From Planctomycetota bacterium (GTDB lineage Bacteria; Planctomycetota; UBA8108; UBA1146): a stretch of 50,271 nt of DNA. The position numbers were made by a program, and so were the translations under genes. Positions 18,394-27,126 of this stretch are shown one piece after another. The stretch lies in contig JAYZBV010000034.1 in assembly GCA_036338595.1 (NCBI GenBank), positions 1 to 50,271 on the forward strand. The letters run 5' to 3'. Each line of letters starts with the position of its first letter. The stretch's first letter is position 1. The notes below the pieces were generated by a model. That model was not told the origin of the DNA. It made no database searches and saw nothing but the letters and a program-made list of their open reading frames with translations.

Positions 18394-20190
18394 ATGATGG
18401 AACAAAGATTGTCAAGTTTCATGACCCGCTGGGTCTCTTCACTGATCTTGCTGACCGTACTACTGGTCATCTGCAATGCCATCGCACTGCGCTTCGACAA
18501 GCGCATAGACCTGACGAAGGTCGGCATTCACACCGTGAGCCCCGAGACGGGTCGAATCCTCTCTGAACTCCCGGAGGAGTTGACCATCGAGTACTGGGTC
18601 AGTGAGAGGATGCCGTCTGGCCTCCAGAATCTGCGCCGAGATACCGTCGATTACCTGGATGAATTCCAGCGCTCCGCCAGGGCTTCCGGGGCCGATCTCA
18701 AGATCCAGGTTCTGAATCCGAACCGGATCATCGAGGACTTCGTCAAGGAGAAGGAGAAGTCGGGGGATGCTCCCGAGCAGAATCCGACGCAAGCGCTGCT
18801 CGGCGGATCCGCATCCTTTGCCGATGAGATCAAGAAGGAACTGGCGCAACAGGGGATCCCGGAGCTCCAGGGACGATCCTTCAAGGATGATGGTTTCGAG
18901 ATCGTGCCCTTCTACAGTGCGCTGGTGCTCAAGTACCTCGACCGAGATGTGGAAGCGATTCCTGTGCACACGAACCTCGAGGGTCTCGAATATGAGCTGG
19001 TGAGCCGAATCGCAAAACTGGCGAGTACATCCAAGCCCGTGATCGCTTTCTTCCACGGCAGACCCGAGGACCTCATCACTGAAGCGAATGGTACTCCGTT
19101 GCCTCAGCCGATCGGTCATTTCGACCCCTTCGTCAACGACATTCTCAGTGACAGGTTCGATGTCAGGCGAATTGACCTGACCCGGGATTCGCTGATTCCT
19201 GAAGAGGCTGCACTTCTGATCATCGCAGAACCGAACGCAACGACTCCGAGGCAACGCTTCGAGATCGAAAGATCGATCGCGTCTGGCCGACCGGCATTCG
19301 TGATGGCCTCGACAACGACGGGCACCCTTGACCAGCGACTTCAGTTCACACCACTTGCGCCTGGGCTCTCTCCGACGCTTCGAATGTGGGGTGTTGAGAC
19401 GGTCGAAAATGTCATCGTGGCCAGTAACGAGTGTGGCTCGATCGAGATCCTGCGCCCGGGTCCATTCGGATCCCAGTTTCGCCAGGCCGCTCCATTCCAT
19501 CTCTGCCCTATTGCTACTGGAAATGGTCTCGATGGAACATCTCCTCTGACCAGAGGGGTCGGGTCCATCGTCTTTCCCTTCGCCACACCTTTTGCGATCA
19601 ATCAGGAGATGGCTGCGGCGGCAGGAATCGAGATCTCGACCCTCGCCAGTTCATCGAGTGGCTCCTGGTTAGCCCGGTTCAGCCCCGGATACACGGCAGA
19701 GATGGATTCCAAGCCACAGGATCCGGGATCACTGGCAGTACGCCATCTCGGCTTGCTACTGGAAGGCACCTTCCCGACCACCTTCGAGGAGGGAACGCCG
19801 GTTCCTCCCTGGGATCCCACCGAGGAAACCGATACAGAAAGTCCGACGGTGGCGGCCATCGCCTCCAGGCCGGGTCGGGTACTGCTGCTCGGTTCCGCCG
19901 ACATCGCCAAGTACGCATCGCTGAGCCTCTACCAGCAGAATGTTCGGTTTCTCGTCGGTTCCATCGAAGCGCTGGCCCTCGATCCAGATCTGGCAATGAT
20001 CCGTGCCAAGGTACAGGTCTCCAGTGCGCTGCGAGAAACCGAGCGTGGCGAGAGGAATCTGGCAACCTATGGCAACATGGTCGGAATACCGCTGATCTTG
20101 CTGCTGATCTTCATGGTCTATTCGGCGAGCCGAACGGGTGCATCCTACGCTTATGAGAACAAGATCCACTCGGAAGAGGTCTCTGCATGA
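18394..20190 (+). CDS. GldG-like ABC auxiliary component
   Basis: N-terminal TM, R.DLT....T.S..T..IL..L, LEYEL...I..L, large soluble domain, C-terminal TM. Confidence 0.85.
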   Translation: MMEQRLSSFMTRWVSSLILLTVLLVICNAIALRFDKRIDLTKVGIHTVSPETGRILSELPEELTIEYWVSERMPSGLQNLRRDTVDYLDEFQRSARASGADLKIQVLNPNRIIEDFVKEKEKSGDAPEQNPTQALLGGSASFADEIKKELAQQGIPELQGRSFKDDGFEIVPFYSALVLKYLDRDVEAIPVHTNLEGLEYELVSRIAKLASTSKPVIAFFHGRPEDLITEANGTPLPQPIGHFDPFVNDILSDRFDVRRIDLTRDSLIPEEAALLIIAEPNATTPRQRFEIERSIASGRPAFVMASTTTGTLDQRLQFTPLAPGLSPTLRMWGVETVENVIVASNECGSIEILRPGPFGSQFRQAAPFHLCPIATGNGLDGTSPLTRGVGSIVFPFATPFAINQEMAAAAGIEISTLASSSSGSWLARFSPGYTAEMDSKPQDPGSLAVRHLGLLLEGTFPTTFEEGTPVPPWDPTEETDTESPTVAAIASRPGRVLLLGSADIAKYASLSLYQQNVRFLVGSIEALALDPDLAMIRAKVQVSSALRETERGERNLATYGNMVGIPLILLLIFMVYSASRTGASYAYENKIHSEEVSA

Positions 20191-21299
20191 CTCCCAGAAA
20201 TTTGAGTATGCTGCTGGCGATCATCATCGGTGCCGGACTGCTTTTCTACTTCGAGAAGGACCCCTATTCCGAGCCGACCGAGGTGCCCGTCGCCATCGCA
20301 GCCTTCACCCAACTGGATGTGCAGCAGGTGGCGCGCGTCGAGATGATGCAGGGGACCCACTCCGTCGTGCTGGAGAGGCAAGGAGACTCCTGGAGTGTCC
20401 CTTCGGCGTGGGATTACGCTGCGGATCATCAGGAAATTAATCAGCTCCTCACCGATATTCGCTCGATCGCCGCTGCTCAGCAACGCGCCTCGAAAGTGGC
20501 CAGCCACTCGACATTCGATGTCAACGATGAAGCCGGTTTGAAGATCGCTCTCAAGGACTCATCCGGTCAAACGATGACAGATCTGGTGCTCGGTAAGCGG
20601 GATGGCTTCGGCCGTTCCTTCATCCGCATCGCGGGGTCGAACGAGGTCTACAGCGTATCTCCCAATCTCAGGGCGCGCGCCGCCTTTGCAGGCTCCACCC
20701 TCGAAGCGGGTCGCTGGACCGACAAGATGCTGTTTCGGCTGCCGGCAGACGCGGTGGTTCGCCGGATGCACATCGAAACCCCTGAGGGCCTCTCCCAGTT
20801 GGTCTGGAAAGCGTCAGAAAAGCCGCCCGTACCTCAAGCAGATGAGAATCCTCTGCTGGCGGGAAGCGAGGATCCACTCTGGATGGTGCGCTCGTCTACC
20901 GATGGTGAACTACTCCCTGCCGACGAGACCACGGTCAAGGGCATCATCTCGTCTCTGAATAATGTCCAGGCAGCCTGGCCCATCGATCCGAGCGATATGG
21001 CAGCGCTGGGGCTCGACCCGGCATCCTCCTTCATCGAGGTCGAACTCTCCGATGGATCGATTCACACCATCCAGTTCGGCCAGGAGAGAGAGCTTCCAAC
21101 CGGAGGACAGGGATTCACCGCTCGTGTGGTGGGAGATCATCGGACCGTGATGGTGAGACAATGGATCAGGGATTCGCTGCTCAAGGGCGCCGATGCGCTT
21201 CGCGCAGCGCAGGACCCGCCACAGGATCCAGGCGTGCCTGAGGAGGGAGATGCTCTCCCGGTTCCCGAGCAAGATCCTGCGACCGACTCTGACGGCTAG
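20187..21299 (+). CDS. DUF4340 domain protein
   Basis: N-terminal TM, repeated W.V/M......AD...V..L/I and GLDP motifs; usual position after a GldG-like gene. Confidence 0.8.
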   Translation: MTPRNLSMLLAIIIGAGLLFYFEKDPYSEPTEVPVAIAAFTQLDVQQVARVEMMQGTHSVVLERQGDSWSVPSAWDYAADHQEINQLLTDIRSIAAAQQRASKVASHSTFDVNDEAGLKIALKDSSGQTMTDLVLGKRDGFGRSFIRIAGSNEVYSVSPNLRARAAFAGSTLEAGRWTDKMLFRLPADAVVRRMHIETPEGLSQLVWKASEKPPVPQADENPLLAGSEDPLWMVRSSTDGELLPADETTVKGIISSLNNVQAAWPIDPSDMAALGLDPASSFIEVELSDGSIHTIQFGQERELPTGGQGFTARVVGDHRTVMVRQWIRDSLLKGADALRAAQDPPQDPGVPEEGDALPVPEQDPATDSDG

Positions 21300-21368
21300 C
21301 ATGGATCGAGGCCTGACTCCCGGCTACCCTGAAGCGGGGTCGGTGGACCCCTCTTCAGGAGGAGATCG

Positions 21369-21986
21369 ATGGCCAAACTCTACTTCAGGCACGGGACAGT
21401 GGGCAGTGCCAAGACTCTGAATCTGCTGGCGGTAGCTCACAACTATGAACGCCAGGGCAAAAAAGTCATCGTCATCAAGCCCGGCTTTGACGACAGGTAC
21501 GGCACGAATGAAGTCGCCTCTCGCGCTGGATTACACCGCGAGGCTCACATCATCCTGTCTGCATCGGGGCGCCTGGACCGATCGATGTTCGACGATGTTC
21601 AGTGTGTGCTGGTCGATGAGGTTCAGTTCCTGACATCCCTTCACATCGACCAGTTGCGGGACATCTGCGATCAGGTCGGTGTACCGGTGATCTGCTATGG
21701 CTTGAGAACGGACTTTCGAAGCAAGTTGTTTGAAGGCAGCCGTCGCCTGATGGAACTGGCAGACTCCATCGAGGAAGTGAAGACCACATGCCATCGCTGC
21801 AACCGGAAGGCGATCTTCAATCTCAAGTGCGTCGATGGGGTAGCGCTCCTCGATGGACCCAGCCAACAGGTCGCAGGAGATGAGACCTTTCAACCGGTGT
21901 GTTCACTGCACTATGTGGAGGCGCTGAATCTCGATGGTGTCGAGGGGATCGACGAAGACATTGCTGAAAGCGAGTTGACGACATGA
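21369..21986 (+). CDS. tdk: Thymidine kinase (type II)
   Basis: MAKLYF..G.V.SAKT, D.RY, SR.G, VDEVQFL, YGLRTDF, C..C...A..N, C..H. Confidence 0.96.
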   Translation: MAKLYFRHGTVGSAKTLNLLAVAHNYERQGKKVIVIKPGFDDRYGTNEVASRAGLHREAHIILSASGRLDRSMFDDVQCVLVDEVQFLTSLHIDQLRDICDQVGVPVICYGLRTDFRSKLFEGSRRLMELADSIEEVKTTCHRCNRKAIFNLKCVDGVALLDGPSQQVAGDETFQPVCSLHYVEALNLDGVEGIDEDIAESELTT

Positions 21987-23488
21987 AAGACGACGCCATT
22001 TCCGAGTTGAAGGAGAAGTTGCGCGGGATCTCATTGATCGAACATTCCATCATGCTGCTGGAGTGGGATCAGGAGACCTACATGCCACCCGGTGGTGCTG
22101 AGTCGCGCGCTGCTGCTCTGGGCGAGATTGTCGGGATCAAGCACAGACGATCGCAGGATCCAGCGCTGGGGGATTGCATCGACCGCGCCGAGGATATGGC
22201 CAGGAGTTCGGGAGACCCAGACCTGCAGGCTCTCGTCAGAGAAGTCCGCTACGACTACGACCAGTCGGTACGGATCCCGGCCAGCCTCGCCACCGAGATC
22301 GCAGAAACCAGTTCGCAGGCGATGACGGCATGGAGAGTTGCAAGAGAAAAGGACGAGTTCTCACTATTCGAACCGCTACTGTCGAAGCAGGTCGAGTTGC
22401 AGGGCGACTACGCAGATGCTCTTCAGAACGATGGGTTCGAACGCTACGACGTCTTGATGAACCTGTACGAACGGGGCATGACTGCCAACCAGTTCGAGAA
22501 GATCTGCCAGCAGGTCGTGCCCGGACTTCGAACGATCATCGAGCGCGCCACGGAAAACCCCTCCGATGCTCCTTCCTTCATGAAGGGGCCGTGGGACAAG
22601 GACCAGCAACTCGCCTTCTCCAGGGAGGTGGCCGCTGAACTCGGCTACGACTTCGAGCGTGGAACTCTGGACCTGACAGCGCATCCCTTCTGTACATCTC
22701 CTTCAGCGCCTCATGATGTGCGGATCACCACCCGCGTCAGCACCGATGATTTCACCAGTAATCTATTCGGAGTGATCCACGAAACGGGTCATGCCCTGTA
22801 TGAGCAGGGACTCGACTCCAGTTGGGAACACACCCCTCTTTGCGACAGCATCTCGCTCGGAATTCACGAATCGCAAAGTCTATTCTGGGAAAATGAAATC
22901 GCCCGTGGAGAGGCTTTCTGGAGTCACTTCCTTCCCAAGATGAGTCAGTACTTCCCGGGAAAGCTGGAAGGTGTGAGCCCAAGGGAGATGGCCGCTGCTG
23001 TCAATCCCGTGCGTCCTTCGTTGATCCGGGTCGAAGCAGATGAAGTCACCTATGGCCTCCATATTGCACTTCGCTTCGAACTGGAAAAAGGTCTCTTCGA
23101 TGGCACCATCTCGGTCGCGGACCTGCCCGGCTTATGGCGCGAAAAGATGCAGGAATACCTGGGGATCCAGCCGGAGACCGATCGCGATGGAGTACTTCAG
23201 GACATCCACTGGAGTTTTGGCCTGTTCGGCTATTTCCCGACATACCTGCTCGGGGCCCTCTACTCGGCACACTTCTGCGAGGCGATCGGTCGTGAAATCA
23301 ATATCGACCAGGAGGTCTCTGCAGGCCGATTCGATGCCATCCTTGAGTGGCTGCGTACCCGGGTGCACACACCCGGGCGACGCAGGACACCTCTGGAACT
23401 GCTGGAGGATGCGACGGGATCTGGACTCGACCCGAGCGTGATGATCTCGGCTCTCGATCGCAAGGTCGAGATGGTCCACGGAGTGTAG
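21983..23488 (+). CDS. Carboxypeptidase Taq-like (peptidase M32)
   Basis: WDQETYMP.G, HPF, DVRITTR, HETGH, HESQS, IRVEADE.TY.LH, QDIHW, GYFPTY.LG. Confidence 0.96.
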   Translation: MKDDAISELKEKLRGISLIEHSIMLLEWDQETYMPPGGAESRAAALGEIVGIKHRRSQDPALGDCIDRAEDMARSSGDPDLQALVREVRYDYDQSVRIPASLATEIAETSSQAMTAWRVAREKDEFSLFEPLLSKQVELQGDYADALQNDGFERYDVLMNLYERGMTANQFEKICQQVVPGLRTIIERATENPSDAPSFMKGPWDKDQQLAFSREVAAELGYDFERGTLDLTAHPFCTSPSAPHDVRITTRVSTDDFTSNLFGVIHETGHALYEQGLDSSWEHTPLCDSISLGIHESQSLFWENEIARGEAFWSHFLPKMSQYFPGKLEGVSPREMAAAVNPVRPSLIRVEADEVTYGLHIALRFELEKGLFDGTISVADLPGLWREKMQEYLGIQPETDRDGVLQDIHWSFGLFGYFPTYLLGALYSAHFCEAIGREINIDQEVSAGRFDAILEWLRTRVHTPGRRRTPLELLEDATGSGLDPSVMISALDRKVEMVHGV

Positions 23489-23494
23489 ACACAG

Positions 23495-25741
23495 GTGCTG
23501 GGGGCACTCTCCGAGTTTGCGCGCTGGTTACACCTGCAGTGGCCCGCAGGAGTTGTGGAGCCGGTGCCCGAGGTGGATTCACACTTCTCGACCAATGTTC
23601 CCGGTCTCTTCATCGTCGGTGATCTGACCGGCACTCCACACCTCAAGTTTGCCGTCGACTCGGGCACCCGCGTCGTGCGATCGATGGATGGCGATCGGTC
23701 CGTCTCTGCGGATGGTCGGCTACCACTCGTCATCATCGGTGCGGGTGTCTCCGGCCTCGCCGCAGCCATCGAGGCGAAACGCCTGGGGATCGAACATCGC
23801 CTGCTCGAGTGCAGTCGCGTGCTCGAGACCCTGGAGAACTTTCCCGTCGGCAAACCGATCTTCACCTGCCCCACGGAGATGAAGCCGGCCGGACAGTTGC
23901 AGTTCCCCGAGGGAGATCTCGACCGGGAAGGGCTGCTGGAGTCGCTCCATCAGCAGGTCAGGGAAGCTGGAGTCACTCCGGTCTGCGCGCGTGTCGAAAG
24001 GGTCGTTCGCCACGAGGGAGCACTGAAGGTCATCTGCCAGCAAGGCGAGGATCTGGAGGCGACGAGGGTCGTGATCGCGATCGGTCGAGGCGGTGACCAC
24101 CGGCAGCTCGGCGTAGAAGGAGAAGAACTCGCCCATGTCTCTCATCGCATGCACGATCCAGGCGCCCACCGTGGCGAGTCGGTCCTGGTGGTCGGCGGTG
24201 GCAACACTGCCTGTGAGACCGCTGTCGCTCTCGCCGATGCGGGAGCAGTGGTCACCCTGTCGCACCGCAGTGACCAGCTGGTGAGACCAGTGCAGCAGAT
24301 CCTCGACCTCGTCGAGGATCGCCGCGACAAGAAACAGATCCAGGTCGAGGCAGCATCCGAGGTGATCCAGATCGATGCAGAGCAGGTGAAGCTGCGCACC
24401 GCCGCTGGCATCCGCTCCGTCTCTGCGAGCGCCGTCTACACGATGATCGGCCGCGAGGCGCCTCTGGCGTTCCTTCGGCGCTGCGGTGTCAGGATCCGCG
24501 GCGAGTGGACGGCCCGCAGCTGGATCAGCCTGCTCGCAGTGTTGACCTTCTGTACGCTGCTCTTTCACTGGAAGAGCGCAGTCGACTGGTTTCCGGTCGC
24601 TGACTGGTGGCGATCTCAAGGAGGTTTTCCGGCGGGGGTCGATCGCTGGTGGGCTGGTCTCGGAGGCGCATTTTCAGATGTAACGACGCTGGCCGGGACT
24701 CTCGCAACCAGCGTTGGTGAAGCAGGATTCTGGTACAGCCTCGCCTACACCCTGGTGATCCTGATCTTCGGCATCCGCAGGATCCGGCGACGACGAACCG
24801 CATATGTGAAGTGGCAAACCTGGACCCTGATCTCGATCCAGGCGTTGCCGCTGTTTCTATTACCCTACCTTTTTCTGCCCTGGCTCGGACATCTAGGCTG
24901 CTTCGATGCAGGCTGGGGCAAGGCGGTGGCCGACGCCTTGTTTCCTGAGGTGCAGGGCTACGCACCGGGCCGCGAGTACTGGCGTTGCTTCGGTTTGATC
25001 CTCGCCTGGCCGCTCTTCTTCTGGAATGTTTTCACCGCCGAACCGCTGACGACATGGCTGGTGATCTCGCTGGTCCAGACCTTCGTGTTGCTGCCGCTGG
25101 CGATCCGTCGCTGGGGCAAGGGCGTCTACTGCGGCTGGATCTGCTCCTGCGGGGCGCTCGCCGAGACACTCGGCGACACCCAGCGTCACAAGATGCCCCA
25201 CGGTCGATGGACGATGCGTCTCAACTTCCTCGGCCAGTTGCTGCTGGTACTGTGCCTCCTCATGCTCGCGACACGGCTAGCGTCGTGGGGGTCTCCCGAC
25301 AGCACCATCGGAAGCCTGGCGACCGGCATCTACGGCGGCATCCTCAACGGAATACCGCTGCTGAGTTACCGGTGGACCGTCGACCTGTTCTTCTCCGGAA
25401 TCCTCGGAGTCGGCCTCTACTGGCACTTTTCTGGACGGACCTGGTGTCGATTTGCCTGTCCTCTGGCAGCCCTGATGAACATCTATGCGCGCTTTTCTCG
25501 CTTCCGGATCATCTCCGACAAGAAACGGTGCATCTCGTGTAACGTCTGCACCTCTGTATGCCACCAGGGTATCGATGTGATGGGATTCGCACAGCGCGGT
25601 ATCCCCGTCGAGGATCCTCAGTGTGTGCGGTGCAGTGCCTGTATCCATGAGTGCCCGACAGCGGTACTGCAGTTCGGTGAGGTCGATGCGGGGGGGCGCG
25701 TGATCCGTCTCGATCGGCTCGAGAGCACGCTCCAGAGGTAG
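23495..25741 (+). CDS. FAD/NAD(P)H oxidoreductase fused to a polytopic membrane domain and 4Fe-4S ferredoxin motifs
   Basis: IIGAGVSG, VVGGGNTA and TNVPGLFIVGD; several TM helices; CGWICSCG, WCRFACP, CISCNVCTSVC, CVRCSACIHECP. Confidence 0.85.
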   Translation: MLGALSEFARWLHLQWPAGVVEPVPEVDSHFSTNVPGLFIVGDLTGTPHLKFAVDSGTRVVRSMDGDRSVSADGRLPLVIIGAGVSGLAAAIEAKRLGIEHRLLECSRVLETLENFPVGKPIFTCPTEMKPAGQLQFPEGDLDREGLLESLHQQVREAGVTPVCARVERVVRHEGALKVICQQGEDLEATRVVIAIGRGGDHRQLGVEGEELAHVSHRMHDPGAHRGESVLVVGGGNTACETAVALADAGAVVTLSHRSDQLVRPVQQILDLVEDRRDKKQIQVEAASEVIQIDAEQVKLRTAAGIRSVSASAVYTMIGREAPLAFLRRCGVRIRGEWTARSWISLLAVLTFCTLLFHWKSAVDWFPVADWWRSQGGFPAGVDRWWAGLGGAFSDVTTLAGTLATSVGEAGFWYSLAYTLVILIFGIRRIRRRRTAYVKWQTWTLISIQALPLFLLPYLFLPWLGHLGCFDAGWGKAVADALFPEVQGYAPGREYWRCFGLILAWPLFFWNVFTAEPLTTWLVISLVQTFVLLPLAIRRWGKGVYCGWICSCGALAETLGDTQRHKMPHGRWTMRLNFLGQLLLVLCLLMLATRLASWGSPDSTIGSLATGIYGGILNGIPLLSYRWTVDLFFSGILGVGLYWHFSGRTWCRFACPLAALMNIYARFSRFRIISDKKRCISCNVCTSVCHQGIDVMGFAQRGIPVEDPQCVRCSACIHECPTAVLQFGEVDAGGRVIRLDRLESTLQR

Positions 25742-25764
25742 ACGCTCGGCGACTCGCGGTCTGA

Positions 25765-26292
25765 TCAGAAACTGGTATCGAGCCGATCGGATGCATCTCC
25801 CGGTTCAGGAGCTGGCAGACTCTGTTCCTGTTCGACCAGTTGCTGAGCTCCGGGGCTGAGGAACACCTCGACATGTTCGAAGGTCTGCATCCCCAGCAAG
25901 TCCCCGAGACGGGTCTGGGCACGCAAGCCGCGCGCCTTCAGTTCGATGCTCTCACACAGCGTGGTCAACAGTTGTGCCAGTTCTGAAGGCAGAAACTCGC
26001 TCGCCTCGACGACGGAAAAGGAAGCGGGGTTGTCGATGCCGATCGCGTCTCCGAGTTCCTCGGAAACGATGGCTCTCTGACGCTCTTCATCGATGAGTCG
26101 GTAGAGCAACCGACCTTCCAGCTGCCGGTAGGTGATCAACTGCTCGTAATCAGCCATCATTTCGCTTTCATCGATGTCGATCATGACCTGGGCCAGTTCC
26201 TCATGAAGGGCCGCAATTCGCGACAGGATCTGGGACAGTTCGGTGGCGAGATCCTCGCTCTGATTCGGTTTCCGTTGATCTTCTGTCATCAT
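25765..26292 (-). CDS. Helical protein resembling the flagellar export chaperone FlgN
   Basis: Size and heptad pattern (L.QIL......EEL...M.......M..D.EQL......E..L...L...E.QR) resemble FlgN. No other flagellar genes nearby. Confidence 0.5.
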   Translation of the reverse strand: MMTEDQRKPNQSEDLATELSQILSRIAALHEELAQVMIDIDESEMMADYEQLITYRQLEGRLLYRLIDEERQRAIVSEELGDAIGIDNPASFSVVEASEFLPSELAQLLTTLCESIELKARGLRAQTRLGDLLGMQTFEHVEVFLSPGAQQLVEQEQSLPAPEPGDASDRLDTSF

Positions 26293-26480
26293 TCCTCGCG
26301 CTTTCGGGCAACGGGCAGGGCCATGCTATATCTTCGGCAGATGACGTCGATTTCTGGAGCAGATCGTCAGATCGGTGCCATTTCGGCAAATTCTGCACAT
26401 CTGCAGCAAATCCTGCACCTCTTCGATCAGTCGAGTTGCCCGGATCCTGCGCCGGGAGTAGGTTCGAGGTCTCAACCGGT

Positions 26481-26562
26481 GGGCGGGTGGCGGAACTGGC
26501 AGACGCGCCAGATTTAGGTTCTGGTCCCGAGAGGGGTGGGGGTTCGAGTCCCCCCTCGCCCA
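26481..26562 (+). tRNA. tRNA-Leu, anticodon TAG
   Basis: Acceptor stem GGGCGGG/CTCGCCC plus discriminator A; D-arm GCGGAACTGGCAGACGC; anticodon arm CCAGA-TTTAGGT-TCTGG; long variable arm; T-arm GGGGG-TTCGAGT-CCCCC. CCA is not encoded. Confidence 0.97.
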
Positions 26563-26610
26563 TACTTCTTCACTCTCCGAGCGAGGCCAAGTGTCAATGC
26601 CGCGGAGGGG

Positions 26611-27126
26611 TCACTCGTTTTCTGCATCGAACTCGCAGAAACCGATGCTCCGGTAGAGCCCGATCGCCGCTTGATTGGCTTCATGCACGGAGAGATGCAA
26701 CTCGGTGTCTCCCCGATCCTGTAGTGCCGCAATGCTTGCAGTGATCAGCGCTCTGGCATGCCCTCGACGCTGATACCGTGGATGAGTCATGGAAAATGCC
26801 AGCAACGGCAAGCCCTGGTACAGGGTGAGGAGACTCGCTGCAATGATACCACTTCCCTCCGGTGATCGGCGGATGAAGGAAGCACCGGCGATCAATGCCC
26901 CGTAACGACCTCGAAAGGTGCCGTCGATCTCTGCCATCGCATCTTCGAGAGTTTCTCCATCATCATCGACGGTGCCTTGATAGGACTCGAACATCAACGC
27001 GGCCAGTTCACACTTGAGATCGGTAGTCTCGCGAGAATCTGCAGCGATGGAGGCATCCAACGACTCGGAGGACTCACTCCTCTCCACCTCGATCGCATCG
27101 AGAGCCAGGCGCATCCGCTTCCTCAT
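26611..27126 (-). CDS. GNAT family N-acetyltransferase
   Basis: THPRYQRRGHA acetyl-CoA motif and L.V...N..A..LY...GF; ATGA-coupled to the upstream gene. Confidence 0.9.
   Translation of the reverse strand: MRKRMRLALDAIEVERSESSESLDASIAADSRETTDLKCELAALMFESYQGTVDDDGETLEDAMAEIDGTFRGRYGALIAGASFIRRSPEGSGIIAASLLTLYQGLPLLAFSMTHPRYQRRGHARALITASIAALQDRGDTELHLSVHEANQAAIGLYRSIGFCEFDAENE

Noticed and set aside
26481..26620. tRNA-Leu as the integration site of a genomic island
   Set aside because: No integrase nearby, no duplicate of the tRNA 3' end noticed, and the flanking genes look like ordinary chromosomal genes.
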